Shown here one piece after another: positions 41,094 through 50,390 of a DNA stretch of 64,000 nucleotides. Numbering within the stretch: the stretch's first letter is position 1; every line of letters begins with the position of its first letter. The notes beneath the pieces are model-generated. The model was given only the letters and a program-made list of their open reading frames with translations, made no database searches and had not been told where the DNA came from. This DNA is from a bacterium (GTDB taxonomy: Bacteria > Krumholzibacteriota > Krumholzibacteriia > G020349025): positions 1-64,000 of the forward strand of contig JANLSU010000051.1 in NCBI GenBank assembly GCA_031362565.1, given 5' to 3'. A program made the position numbers and the translations under genes.

Positions 41094-41957
41094 TCAGGGG
41101 CGTCCGGCATCCGAGAGAGCGGCTTGCAGCGAGTCGGCGAGTGTGCTGTGCAACGCTTGGAGCGCATCGTACTGGACCCGCGCCGCGTTCCGGTTGCCGC
41201 TCGCGGCCAAGGCCCGGCCGAGTGCGTAGTGCCCGGTGGCAACATCGGGGAGGAGCCGCACGAACTGTTGCAGTGCGGCGATCTCGTCGCGCCGCTTGCC
41301 GCGCTTTGCCGCGGCGCGCGCCAAATGGAAATAGGCGGCTGCGAAGTCCGGTTTGACGCGCGTCGCCCGCGTCAGCGCCACAACTTCGTCATCCCAGCGG
41401 CCCACCTTGCCGTACACCACACCTAGATGAAACAACGCATCCGCATCATCGGGCCGGAGTCGCGCCGCGTGGCGCAAGGCCGCGATTGCGTCGCGGTGCC
41501 GGGCGAGCCGGTCGTACACCATCCCGAGTTGGAAGTACGCCCAAGCGCAGTCCGCCTGCAAGCGGACCGCTTGCTGGAGAGTTGCCACTTCGTCTTGCCA
41601 GCGCTCGGTCTTCTCGTAAACCGTGGCAAGTCCAGCCAGTGCCTCGACGTTCGGCGTGATGCGGAACGAGCGCTGGTACGCTTCGATCGACTCCGGCCAA
41701 TGCTTCATCTTGAAGTAAGCGAAACCGAGGCGCCGGCAGGCGTCGGGGCGCGCGGGATCGAGCCGCAGCGCGGCTTCGTAGGCACTGACGGCACTCATCC
41801 ACGCCTCGCGATCCGACTCGTCGTTGCCCACCGCGACGAGACTGTCGGCCCGGCCCGGCGCGGCCGGCCCAGCGGCCTCGGCTTGCCCCGCTACGGCCAA
41901 GATGCATACCAGCGCACTCAGCGTCATCCGGCGCGCGCCGTGAAGGAGGCGTTTCAT
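41094..41957 (-). CDS. Secreted tetratricopeptide-repeat protein
   Basis: From the internal ATG 'MKRLLHGARRMTLSALVCILAVAGQAEA' the product is about 287 aa. There are at least 6 TPR units (AYFKMKHWPESIEAYQ..., AWAYFQLGMVYDRLARHRDAIAAL..., ALFHLGVVYGKVGRWDDEV...). The upstream Arg-rich extension was discarded. It overlaps the MFS gene by 4 nt. Confidence 0.6.
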   Translation of the reverse strand: MKRLLHGARRMTLSALVCILAVAGQAEAAGPAAPGRADSLVAVGNDESDREAWMSAVSAYEAALRLDPARPDACRRLGFAYFKMKHWPESIEAYQRSFRITPNVEALAGLATVYEKTERWQDEVATLQQAVRLQADCAWAYFQLGMVYDRLARHRDAIAALRHAARLRPDDADALFHLGVVYGKVGRWDDEVVALTRATRVKPDFAAAYFHLARAAAKRGKRRDEIAALQQFVRLLPDVATGHYALGRALAASGNRNAARVQYDALQALHSTLADSLQAALSDAGRP

Positions 41958-43207
41958 CGCCGCCTCGCGAAGCCGAGAATCGCCGCGCCGCTCAAGCACG
42001 CCACGCCGGCGGCGCCGAAGGCAATGAGCGGGCCGCACGCCGACCAGAGAATCCCGACGAGCGAACTCGAGAGCAGATCCCCGATGCCGCTCACCGCTGC
42101 CAGCGTGCCGTAGGCGGTACCGCGCAATGCCGACGGCACCTCGAGCGCGACGACCGTCGCCTCGAGCGTTTCGACATACGCCAGGCAAAGTCCGGCGATC
42201 GCAAACAGCACTGCCAGCATCGGCACCGAGGGCAGTGCAAAGGCCGCCAGCAACGCGGTCATGGCGCCAAGCACGTAGCCGTGCACGAGCAGGCGCCGCG
42301 GACTGGTGCGATCCGCGAAGCGTCCGATCGGATATGCGGCCGCCGCATAGACGAGGTTGTGCAACGCGTACAGCCCGATCGCCGTCGTCGCGGCAAGCGG
42401 CATTCCGAGTTTCGGCTCCAAGAGACGCGTGGCATGCAAGATGAGGAGCGTGCGCGCGAAGTCGCCGATGCCGAACACGAATGTCGCAACAAGAAAGCCG
42501 CGAAAACGGCGCGGCAAGGCGGCGAGGCTCGTGTGCAGCGCACGGCGCTCCACACTGCCGGGACGCAGTTCGGGTTTGACGAGGATGGCGAACACCAAGG
42601 CCGCCAGCAATCCCGGCAAGAGACTCCACGCCAGCACGTGCCGCAGCGGCATGGTGCGCACCAACAGGATGGCGATCAGCGGACCGAGCACCGCACCCGT
42701 CGAATCGAGAGCGCGCTGGAAGCCGAAGGCGCGGCCACGGGCGCGGCGCGGCACGGAATCGGCGAGCAGCGCATTGCGCGCCGGGGCGCGAATGCCGCGC
42801 GAAATCCAGCCGCCGCTCCGCGTCAGCAGGACGTGCGTCCAGGTCGCGCAAACCGCATAAGCGCCGTTCGACACGCCGGTCAAGAAATAGCCCAGGACGG
42901 CGATCGGCTTGCGCCATCGCGGGTGGTCCGCGAGCCAGCCACCGACCAGCTTCGCGGCGCTCGACAGACCGTCTGCGACACCTTCGATCACCCCGAGCAC
43001 TGCCGGCGGTGCGCCGAGCGAGGCAAGGAATGTCGGGAGCGCAGCGGTCGTCGTCTCGTGTCCGATGTCCGACAGGAAGCTCGCCACTCCGAAGCCCAGG
43101 ACGGAACGGTTGAGCCATCCACGCGCCGCAGGTCGCGACGATGGTGCCGGGACGGCCGGGTCGACACCGGCATTCAGGGCGCTCTGCTCGGAATTGGATG
43201 TGGCCAC
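41954..43207 (-). CDS. MFS-family transporter
   Basis: About 12 TM helices. Loop motifs 'GWLADHPRWRKP' and 'RFADRTSPRRL' are of the MFS type. The GTG start has GAGGTG 6 nt upstream. Confidence 0.65.
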   Translation of the reverse strand: MATSNSEQSALNAGVDPAVPAPSSRPAARGWLNRSVLGFGVASFLSDIGHETTTAALPTFLASLGAPPAVLGVIEGVADGLSSAAKLVGGWLADHPRWRKPIAVLGYFLTGVSNGAYAVCATWTHVLLTRSGGWISRGIRAPARNALLADSVPRRARGRAFGFQRALDSTGAVLGPLIAILLVRTMPLRHVLAWSLLPGLLAALVFAILVKPELRPGSVERRALHTSLAALPRRFRGFLVATFVFGIGDFARTLLILHATRLLEPKLGMPLAATTAIGLYALHNLVYAAAAYPIGRFADRTSPRRLLVHGYVLGAMTALLAAFALPSVPMLAVLFAIAGLCLAYVETLEATVVALEVPSALRGTAYGTLAAVSGIGDLLSSSLVGILWSACGPLIAFGAAGVACLSGAAILGFARRR

Positions 43208-43365
43208 GAAAGCACCTCGAATACAGGGACCATGCCAAGGCCCGCGTGGAATTCGCGTATACTCTTCCCGTGGCGCGCGATTCAACTCTTCGAGAAGCAT
43301 CGCTGGCGGTTTCGTACTCGCCGCGCACCGTCGAGGTCCATTCACCCGGGGTGCGCCGTGAGACC

Positions 43366-43944
43366 ATGCTCGTGCTGCGCGTCGGGTTTCAAGTTCTCTT
43401 CTGGTGGGCGGTCTTGATCGCCGGCGAACGCGGCCTGGCAGCGCACCCAGGCGCCAACGCCGTAGCACGCCTCGCCCCCGGGCAAGCTGCCTTCGCCGAT
43501 CTGCCGTCCGCGGATCAGCGTACGTTTCGGGCCATTCAAGAAGGCGTCACCGAAGCCGAGCGGCTGCGGTCTTCCACCGGCCGCTGGCCTACGCCGGAGG
43601 AACTCGCCAGCCAAGGGATCCCACCGTTCGCACCGGACCCCATCGACCGCGATGGCTACACTTGGTCGATGCTGCAGAAGGATACCGACATCAATTACGT
43701 CGGCACGCCGGCGCCCGGCCATGCGCGGCCACGTTTCCTCGTGCTCATTGTCGAACCATCGCCGGGGATGGCCGACGATCCGCAGACGCCGACCGACGAG
43801 ATTCACCATCGTCTGAACAACGGCATGATGCTGCACGTGACGATCATGATGCGGCCGCCCGGACGCAATCTCACCCAGCCTGGCACCTGGATGAACGGCG
43901 AAGAAGGCTGGACACAAGTCACCACCGGGGCCACCGGGCCCTGA
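43366..43944 (+). CDS. Hypothetical membrane-anchored protein upstream of the znu operon
   Basis: An internal ATG 'MLVLRVGFQVLFWWAVLIAGERG' gives a single N-terminal TM helix. No recognisable family. Confidence 0.35.
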   Translation: MLVLRVGFQVLFWWAVLIAGERGLAAHPGANAVARLAPGQAAFADLPSADQRTFRAIQEGVTEAERLRSSTGRWPTPEELASQGIPPFAPDPIDRDGYTWSMLQKDTDINYVGTPAPGHARPRFLVLIVEPSPGMADDPQTPTDEIHHRLNNGMMLHVTIMMRPPGRNLTQPGTWMNGEEGWTQVTTGATGP

Positions 43945-43961
43945 ACGCTGGGAGTCGAATC

Positions 43962-44852
43962 ATGCGCCTGCTCGCGTTGCTTGGACTCGTGGCCGCGCTC
44001 CTCGCGCCGGCCGTGGGAGCCGCCACGGCGCCGCGCCCGTTGAAAATCGGCGTCACGTTGCACCCCTACTACTCGTGGACCATGAATGTCGTCGGCAACA
44101 CACCGGGCGTCGAAGTGCGTGGCGTGCTGCCGGAAGAAGTCGACGCCGGGGATTACCAACCACGGCCCGACGACATCAAGAAGCTTGCCGACTTGGATGC
44201 GATCGTCATCAACGGCATCGGGCACGACGACTTTATTCTCGACATGATCAAAGCTTCCGGCAACAAACAACTCGTTGTCATCCGTCCGAACGACGTGACG
44301 CCGACGATCAAGTTCGCGACCGGCAACGCAGTCAATTCGCATACCTTCATTTCGTTCGGCAATGCCATTCAGCAGACGTACTACATCGCCAAGGAACTGG
44401 CCAAGCTGCGCCCCGAGGATGCGGCGGCGTTCGAGGCGAACGCCGCGGAGTATGCCCGCCGCCTGCGCACCATCAAAGCGGACGCCGCCACCAAGCTCGC
44501 CGCCGCCTCGATCGCCCGCGTGGTCACGGTGCATGATGGCTACAGTTATCTGCTGCAGGAATTCGGCATCGACTTGGCGGGCGTGGTGGAACCGGCCCAC
44601 GGCCTCATTCCATCGGCGAAGGAATTGGCCGAGATCGTCACCATCGTCAAGAAGGAAAACGTCAAGGTCGTGCTGAGCGAAGCGACATTCTCCGACAAGC
44701 TCCTGCAAGTTTTGAAAGACGCGGGCGGCGTGCGGGTCTACATCATCAGCCATATCGCCACCGGGCAGTATGCGGCCGACAAGTTCGAGACGGAAATGCA
44801 AGCGAATGTCAACGCGCTGATTCAGGCGCTCGTCATCGATCCGAAAACTTGA
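43962..44852 (+). CDS. znuA: Metal (Zn/Mn) ABC transporter substrate-binding protein, ZnuA/TroA family
   Basis: An RBS GGAG lies 8 nt before the ATG. The signal peptide is 'MRLLALLGLVAALLAPAVGAA'. A cluster-9 SBP pattern 'LKIGVTLHPYYSW...VHDGYSYLLQEFG' is present. Confidence 0.7.
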   Translation: MRLLALLGLVAALLAPAVGAATAPRPLKIGVTLHPYYSWTMNVVGNTPGVEVRGVLPEEVDAGDYQPRPDDIKKLADLDAIVINGIGHDDFILDMIKASGNKQLVVIRPNDVTPTIKFATGNAVNSHTFISFGNAIQQTYYIAKELAKLRPEDAAAFEANAAEYARRLRTIKADAATKLAAASIARVVTVHDGYSYLLQEFGIDLAGVVEPAHGLIPSAKELAEIVTIVKKENVKVVLSEATFSDKLLQVLKDAGGVRVYIISHIATGQYAADKFETEMQANVNALIQALVIDPKT

Positions 44853-44866
44853 GCGCCACACCCCGA

Positions 44867-45580
44867 ATGAAGGTGGCGCCGCTGGTCGAAGTGACCGGTC
44901 TCGGCGTGCGGGTCGAGGGCGCGACCCTGCTGGAGAATCTCTCCCTGCAGGTGGCCGCGCAATCGATCCATGTGATCGTCGGCCCGAATGGCGCCGGCAA
45001 GAGCACCTTCGTGGCGGCGCTTCTCGGACAGCGCGCCTTCACCGGCGCCATCCGTTTGCATTGGCGCGGCAGTGGGCGCATCGGTTACGTCCCGCAAGTG
45101 TTTCACGCCGATCGCACCCTGCCGGTGACGGTCACCGAGTTCCTGGCACTCGAGCGGCAGCGTTGGCCGGTCTGCTTTGGGGTGCGGGCGGCGACGCGAC
45201 GCGCGGTCGAGGCACTGCTCGAGCGCGTCGGACTCGCCGGCATGGGCGAGCGGCGTTTGGGCGTGCTCTCGGGCGGCGAACTGCGCCGCGTGCTCATCGC
45301 CAACGCCATCGATCCGGCGCCCGAACTGCTTCTCTGCGATGAACCCGCGAGCGGCCTCGACCCGGCAGCGGTTGCGGCGCTCGACCGGCTGCTGCTCGAA
45401 CTGCGCGACACCTCTGGCACGACGATCGTCTTGGTGTCGCACGACCTGCAGCAGGTGCAACGGCTCGCGGACCGCGTCACGCTCCTCGATCGCACCGTGC
45501 GCCAAACCGGCAGCGCCGCCGAAATCTTCGCCGCCGCGGGACTCGCGGCCTTCCCCGCTCGGCCCGTGGAGGGACGTTGA
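44867..45580 (+). CDS. znuC: Metal ABC transporter ATP-binding protein
   Basis: The Walker A is 'GPNGAGKST'. The signature is 'LSGGELRRVLIA'. The Walker B is 'LLLCDEPASGLD'. Confidence 0.75.
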   Translation: MKVAPLVEVTGLGVRVEGATLLENLSLQVAAQSIHVIVGPNGAGKSTFVAALLGQRAFTGAIRLHWRGSGRIGYVPQVFHADRTLPVTVTEFLALERQRWPVCFGVRAATRRAVEALLERVGLAGMGERRLGVLSGGELRRVLIANAIDPAPELLLCDEPASGLDPAAVAALDRLLLELRDTSGTTIVLVSHDLQQVQRLADRVTLLDRTVRQTGSAAEIFAAAGLAAFPARPVEGR

Positions 45581-46461
45581 ACTCCTTGTACGAGTGGCTC
45601 GGGCAACTCGCGAAGGCGGGACATCTACCGCCGGCGTTCGAGTATCCGTTCATGGCGCGCGGCATTCTCGCGGCGCTCGTCGTGGCGCCGTTGCTGGGCG
45701 GTATGAGCCATCTGGTGGTAGCGCGGCGCCTGGCGTTCTTCAGCACGGCGCTCGGGCAAGCGGCATTGACCGGCCTCACCATCGGCCTCTTGCTAGGAGA
45801 GCCGCTCGCGGCGCCCTATGGCGGCATCTTCGGTTTCTGCCTGTTGTCGGCGCTCGGCATGGTGTACGTGAAGCGCCGCGCGGCACTGCCACCCGACACC
45901 CTCATCGGCGTCTTCATGGCGCTGACCCTCGGACTCGGAATTTGCCTGTTGGTCGCAGCCACCAAGCGCTTCAACATCCATCAGATCGAGGCGGTGATGT
46001 TCGGGAGCCTGCTGACGGTGACCGATACCGATCTGGCGCTGCTGCTGATCGTCGGCACCGGAATCGGCATCATTCTGGCGCGGCGTTACAATTCGCTGCT
46101 GCTGGACAGTCTGAGCCCGCCGTTGGCGCAATCCACCGGCACCGACACGATGGTGGTGGAGTACATCTTTGTCGTGTTGTTGACGTTGGCGATCGTCGTC
46201 AGCCTGAAGGTGATTGGCGCCTTGCTCGTCGAAGCGCTGGTGGTCGTACCGGCGGCGGCAGCACGCAACTTGGCGCGCAGTACGCGCGGCTACATCCTCT
46301 GGAGCATCGCCATCGCGCTCGTGAGTTGCCAAAGCGGCTTGTTCGTGTCGACACAGTGGCGCGTGCCGACCGGTGGTGCGATCGTGCTGGTGCTGAGCGT
46401 GCTGTTCTTTGCGACGCTGGGCGTGGCGGGATGGCGCGGGCGGCGGCGGACCGGCGCGTGA
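45577..46461 (+). CDS. znuB: Metal ABC transporter permease (ABC-3 family)
   Basis: 8-TM ABC-3 permease pattern. It overlaps znuC by 4 nt. Confidence 0.7.
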   Translation: MNSLYEWLGQLAKAGHLPPAFEYPFMARGILAALVVAPLLGGMSHLVVARRLAFFSTALGQAALTGLTIGLLLGEPLAAPYGGIFGFCLLSALGMVYVKRRAALPPDTLIGVFMALTLGLGICLLVAATKRFNIHQIEAVMFGSLLTVTDTDLALLLIVGTGIGIILARRYNSLLLDSLSPPLAQSTGTDTMVVEYIFVVLLTLAIVVSLKVIGALLVEALVVVPAAAARNLARSTRGYILWSIAIALVSCQSGLFVSTQWRVPTGGAIVLVLSVLFFATLGVAGWRGRRRTGA

Positions 46462-46826
46462 CGCCCGCTTCCCATCCCCGACGCCCGGATTGTGCTGCTC
46501 GAGCGGGTCGCTCGTGGACTCCCCCTGGTCTGCGCCCATCGGGTCGGGCGAGGCTCTCTTAGAGCATAAGCGCCGCGGGTTGGGCGGTTGGCGGAATCGC
46601 TGGGCCCTTTGGCCCAGTATACTTACGCCGTTCGGCGCCGCCGGAAGACCGCCCTCTCCCTGAACGGCCGGGCTGGGGAGTCACCGGACGCACCGCGGGG
46701 CTTGAAGGCCGGCCTGGGTTGGGCCTAAGATTGTATGGAATCGATTGAAGGGTTGCCGGCGAGCAACGCCATCGGGGGCATGCCCGTCCTCTGCACGGGC
46801 CCGAGTCTACCGATGTGACTCTGGTT

Positions 46827-46856
46827 TCGACTCGCGCGCCGTTCAGCGCGAGTCGA
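46827..46856. promoter_or_regulatory. 11-bp perfect inverted repeat (TCGACTCGCGC-n8-GCGCGAGTCGA), about 50 nt upstream of the 46906 gene
   Basis: The palindrome was read directly. It lies inside the 444-nt znuB-to-46906 intergenic region. No T-run follows it, so it is operator-like rather than terminator-like. Confidence 0.3.
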
Positions 46857-46905
46857 CACACGGGTTGCATCGCTCACAGTTCCGTCTCAAAGGGAGACAT
46901 CCAAA

Positions 46906-47682
46906 ATGAGAAAGACAGCCATCGCGCTCCTCCTTTGCTGCATCGCAGCACTCGTGGCGGCTCCGGCCATGGCCACGAACCTGTTGGCCGATGCTTTCGC
47001 CTACGCTGACGGCGGTCTGGTGCCGAACGGCGGTTGGGCGAACTTCAGCGGCACAGCCACTGACATTCAGGTTGTCTCGGGTCGCGCCGTCGGCGTGGGT
47101 CCGAACGCCAACGACGACCACGTGTTCTTCGCGGTGCAACCGACGACCTCGACGACCTTTGCGTGCCTCACGGTGCGGATCCCGGCGGTCGCGGGCGCGC
47201 CGAAGGCGATCTACTTCTTCGGCATGAAGGATGGCGGCACGGCGGCTTTCGTGTCGCGCGTGTACGTGCTACCGATCACCGGCGGGTTCACGTTCGGCCT
47301 GTCGCATTCCAGCACCAGCGCCACGGTTGGCGTTGTGCCGTGGTCGGCCTCGACGCTTTTGTACGATCACGACTACAACATCGTCATCAACTACGATCCA
47401 GTCGCGAAATCGTCGACCATGTGGGTCGACCCGGTGAACCAGGCGAGCACGAGTGTCTCGATCACCAACGCGGCAATCGCGGCGCTCGCCGTTCAGACCG
47501 TGTTTCTCCGCCAGAGCGGCACGGCAGCCACGTTGCCAGCGTCGCCGTCCTACGCCGGCACTGTCGACTGGGGCTTCTCGGTGGACAACGTCGGAGTCGG
47601 CACCACGTTCACCGACGCCTGCTCCGGCACCGTCGCCGTCGAAAGGGCCAACTGGAGCAGCATGAAGACGCTGTACCGGTAA
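46906..47682 (+). CDS. Secreted beta-rich protein of unknown function with conserved 'LYR' C-terminal tail
   Basis: The signal peptide is 'MRKTAIALLLCCIAALVAAPAMA'. The C-terminus is 'VAVERANWSSMKTLYR'. Confidence 0.5.
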   Translation: MRKTAIALLLCCIAALVAAPAMATNLLADAFAYADGGLVPNGGWANFSGTATDIQVVSGRAVGVGPNANDDHVFFAVQPTTSTTFACLTVRIPAVAGAPKAIYFFGMKDGGTAAFVSRVYVLPITGGFTFGLSHSSTSATVGVVPWSASTLLYDHDYNIVINYDPVAKSSTMWVDPVNQASTSVSITNAAIAALAVQTVFLRQSGTAATLPASPSYAGTVDWGFSVDNVGVGTTFTDACSGTVAVERANWSSMKTLYR

Positions 47683-47832
47683 TCCGGTTCCAGCGACCTC
47701 GTCCGTTCGGAGCGACCACCCCGCCAAGGGGTGGTCGCTTTTCTTTGATCGCTCCAGCCGGGCGACGTCCAATCGGCGCCCCGGTCCGTAGTACTTCCTG
47801 AACCGGTTCGGCGACGGGAGCCTGGCGAGCGG

Positions 47833-48396
47833 ATGACCCCTCAAGAACGAGACCTCGGACTCCTGCTCCGGTTGCAGGCCCGTGATGCGATGGCGCTCGA
47901 GGCGCTGTATGACATCTATGGTGCGCTGCTCTATACGGTTGCGCTCGGCATCGTGCGCGACGTGGCCGATGCGGAGGAAGTCGTGCAGGACGGCTGGGTG
48001 CAGGTCTGGCGCGGGGCGCCGACCTACGATCCACGCCGCGCCACGGTAGCAGGCTGGCTCACGACCATCATTCGCAGCCGGGCACTCGACCGTTACCGCA
48101 GCAAAGCGTCGCGCCTGCGCGCCGAAACGACCGCCGAGACCGCGTTGCCGCCGCCGCCCGCGGGGCCCACGCCGGAGTCGGAGTCGGTGCACTCGCAACT
48201 GGCGTCGCGGTTGGGAGGCGCGCTCGCATCGCTGCCGGACGAGCACCGGCGCGTGCTGGAGCTGGCGTACTTCCGAGGCCTGTCGCAAAGCCAAATTGCG
48301 GCCGAACTCGACAAGCCGCTCGGCACCGTGAAGTCGTGGGCGCGGCAGGGACTCCTGCGCTTGCGTGAACTCGTGCCGCAGGAGCAGTGGTTGTGA
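47833..48396 (+). CDS. ECF (sigma-70 family, group IV) RNA polymerase sigma factor
   Basis: Region 2 is 'LEALYDIYGALLYTVALGIVRDVADAEEVVQDGWVQVW'. The region 4 HTH is 'LELAYFRGLSQSQIAAELDKPLGTVKSW'. Confidence 0.8.
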   Translation: MTPQERDLGLLLRLQARDAMALEALYDIYGALLYTVALGIVRDVADAEEVVQDGWVQVWRGAPTYDPRRATVAGWLTTIIRSRALDRYRSKASRLRAETTAETALPPPPAGPTPESESVHSQLASRLGGALASLPDEHRRVLELAYFRGLSQSQIAAELDKPLGTVKSWARQGLLRLRELVPQEQWL

Positions 48397-48439
48397 AGCA
48401 GCGCGCGGTTTCCGCCGCAACCTTGGAAAGGAGGCGCAC

Positions 48440-49282
48440 ATGAGCGGGCATCTGCAAGAGCATTTGGATCTTTGCGCGGCGTACGCGCTTGGATGTCTCG
48501 ACGTACCGGATCGCGACACGCTTGAAGTGCATCTCGCCACCGGTTGCGCCGAATGCGAAGCCGCCCTCGTCGAGTTTTCGGCGGCGACGACATTGCTGGC
48601 GGCCGCGACACCGCCGCTGCAGCCGCCACCGGCGTTGCGGCAGCGAGTCTTGGATGCGGCGCGTGCCGCCGCCGCGCCCGCCGAGCCGCCGCCGGGTATC
48701 GCGCGGCGCGCCCCGGTCGCATCCGTCGTGCCGCTCGCGCCACGCCGTTCGACGGCACGCTGGGCGCGGCTGGCCGCTGCCGCGTGCCTTGCCGTCGCAG
48801 TTTGGGGCGTGCGCACCACGTGGCAGTTGCGTGGTCAAGTCGAGGCGCAGCAAACGCGCCTCGTGGCACTCGAGCACGATCGCGACCAACTCGCGAGCCA
48901 GCTCGAGACCACGCGCCGCTGGGTCAACGTCGCCACTGCAAGTGACGCGCGCGTCGCCGAGCTCATGCCCACACCGGGCGCCGACGCAACGCTCCGCGGC
49001 CGGGCGATGCTCGATCCCGCCACTCAGCGTGCGGCGTTCGCCTTCTCGAACTTCCGTCCACCGGCCGGACACGACTACCAACTGTGGTCGATTCGTGACG
49101 GCAAGCCGCACAGCCTGGGCGTGCTGCACGCCGATTCCGAAGGCGTCGCCTTTGTGAACGTGGATGTCGGCGACCCCAAGTCCTTGCAAGCCCTCGCGGT
49201 CTCGCTCGAACCCGCCGGCGGCGCACCAACCTCCGACCAGCCAACGGGCCCCGTGGTCATGCTCGCCAAGCTGAGCGGCTAG
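48440..49282 (+). CDS. Anti-sigma factor (RskA-like zinc-binding anti-sigma, C-terminal periplasmic domain)
   Basis: An RBS GAAAGGAGG precedes the ATG. The N-terminus 'HLDLCAAYALGCL...HLATGCAECE' is an HxxxCxxC zinc-anti-sigma motif. A TM helix 'LAAAACLAVAVWGV' is present. The C-terminus 'DYQLWSI...VSLEPAGG' is RskA-like. Confidence 0.6.
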   Translation: MSGHLQEHLDLCAAYALGCLDVPDRDTLEVHLATGCAECEAALVEFSAATTLLAAATPPLQPPPALRQRVLDAARAAAAPAEPPPGIARRAPVASVVPLAPRRSTARWARLAAAACLAVAVWGVRTTWQLRGQVEAQQTRLVALEHDRDQLASQLETTRRWVNVATASDARVAELMPTPGADATLRGRAMLDPATQRAAFAFSNFRPPAGHDYQLWSIRDGKPHSLGVLHADSEGVAFVNVDVGDPKSLQALAVSLEPAGGAPTSDQPTGPVVMLAKLSG

Positions 49283-49338
49283 CATCGCCGGCCGGCGTGT
49301 TATCGTGCGGACATTCGTTCACAACGCCGGAGCTCGAA

Positions 49339-50376
49339 ATGAAGTACGGCCCGATCGCCACGAATCCCTTCGAGCGTTTGGCGCTCGGACTCGGCAAGGT
49401 GCCTCTGCCGCTCCTCGATTCGCTGTATGGGCCGATCAAGGCGCGGGCGTTGCTCGCCGGGGTGCAGCTCGGCGTCTTCGAAGCGATGCGCGATGGCTGG
49501 CACACCTCGGAAACCCTGGCGACGACATTGCACTTGGACGCCAACGCCCTCGAACTCTTGCTGCGCGTTCTCGCCTATTCCGAATACCTGCAACAGGACG
49601 GCGAGCGCTATGCGCTGGCGCCGCTGGCGCGCCGGTCCTTGGTGCGCGGCAGTCCAATGGACATGACGGGATTCGTGGCCTGGAACGAGTGGATGTGGGA
49701 CATGATCGGCGGCCTGGAAACGGTCGTTCGCACCGGACGCGGCGTCGACCATCACACGACGCTCGAAGATCCGGCGGCGTGGGCGGCCTACCAGCGCGGC
49801 ATGCTCGAGATCGCCCGGCTCGACGCACCGGTCGTCGCGAAACACGTCCCGGTGCGTCCCGGCGCGACGCGCTTGCTCGATCTCGCGGGATCGCATGGTT
49901 TTTTCGGCGCCACGCTCTGCCGCCGCCACCCGGGACTGCGTGCGACAGTGCTGGATCTGCCACGCGCCATCGAACCGGCGCGGGCGCTCGCCCGCGAAGC
50001 CGGCATCGACGACGTCGTCGAGCATCGTGCCGGCGACCTGCTCACCGACGATCTCGGGCACGGCTGGGACGTGGTGTTGCTGAACAACATCTTGCACCAC
50101 TTCGGACCCGAGACGATTGCGGTGATCGCCGGACGCGCCTACGCCGCGCTCGGCGCCGGAGGCTCGATCGGCATCTGGGAGTTGGAGCGGCCGCGGCGCG
50201 GCTCGAAACCGACCGAGGGCGACGGCGCGGCACTCTTCTTCCGCATCACGTCGACGGCGGGCTGCTATCACGGCGACGAGTACGCCGGGTGGCTCGAGCA
50301 AGCCGGGTTCACGAAGGTGCGCGTGCAACGGCCGGCGCTCTCGCCCGGCAGCATTTTGGTGACCGCGGTGCGCTGA
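49339..50376 (+). CDS. O-methyltransferase (class I SAM MTase, family 2 with dimerisation domain)
   Basis: 'LLDLAGSHGFFGATL' is motif I. 'DVVLLNNILHHF' is conserved. An internal ATG 'MKYGPIATNPFERL' was chosen. Confidence 0.65.
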   Translation: MKYGPIATNPFERLALGLGKVPLPLLDSLYGPIKARALLAGVQLGVFEAMRDGWHTSETLATTLHLDANALELLLRVLAYSEYLQQDGERYALAPLARRSLVRGSPMDMTGFVAWNEWMWDMIGGLETVVRTGRGVDHHTTLEDPAAWAAYQRGMLEIARLDAPVVAKHVPVRPGATRLLDLAGSHGFFGATLCRRHPGLRATVLDLPRAIEPARALAREAGIDDVVEHRAGDLLTDDLGHGWDVVLLNNILHHFGPETIAVIAGRAYAALGAGGSIGIWELERPRRGSKPTEGDGAALFFRITSTAGCYHGDEYAGWLEQAGFTKVRVQRPALSPGSILVTAVR

Positions 50377-50390
50377 ATCCGCCGCGCACC

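Noticed and set aside
47269-48819. 516-aa minus-strand ORF, plus the ORFs 49300..50499(-) and 49305..51473(+)
   Set aside because: These are shadow frames over the ECF sigma, anti-sigma, O-methyltransferase and GH-like genes. All are Arg/Ala-rich with no motifs.
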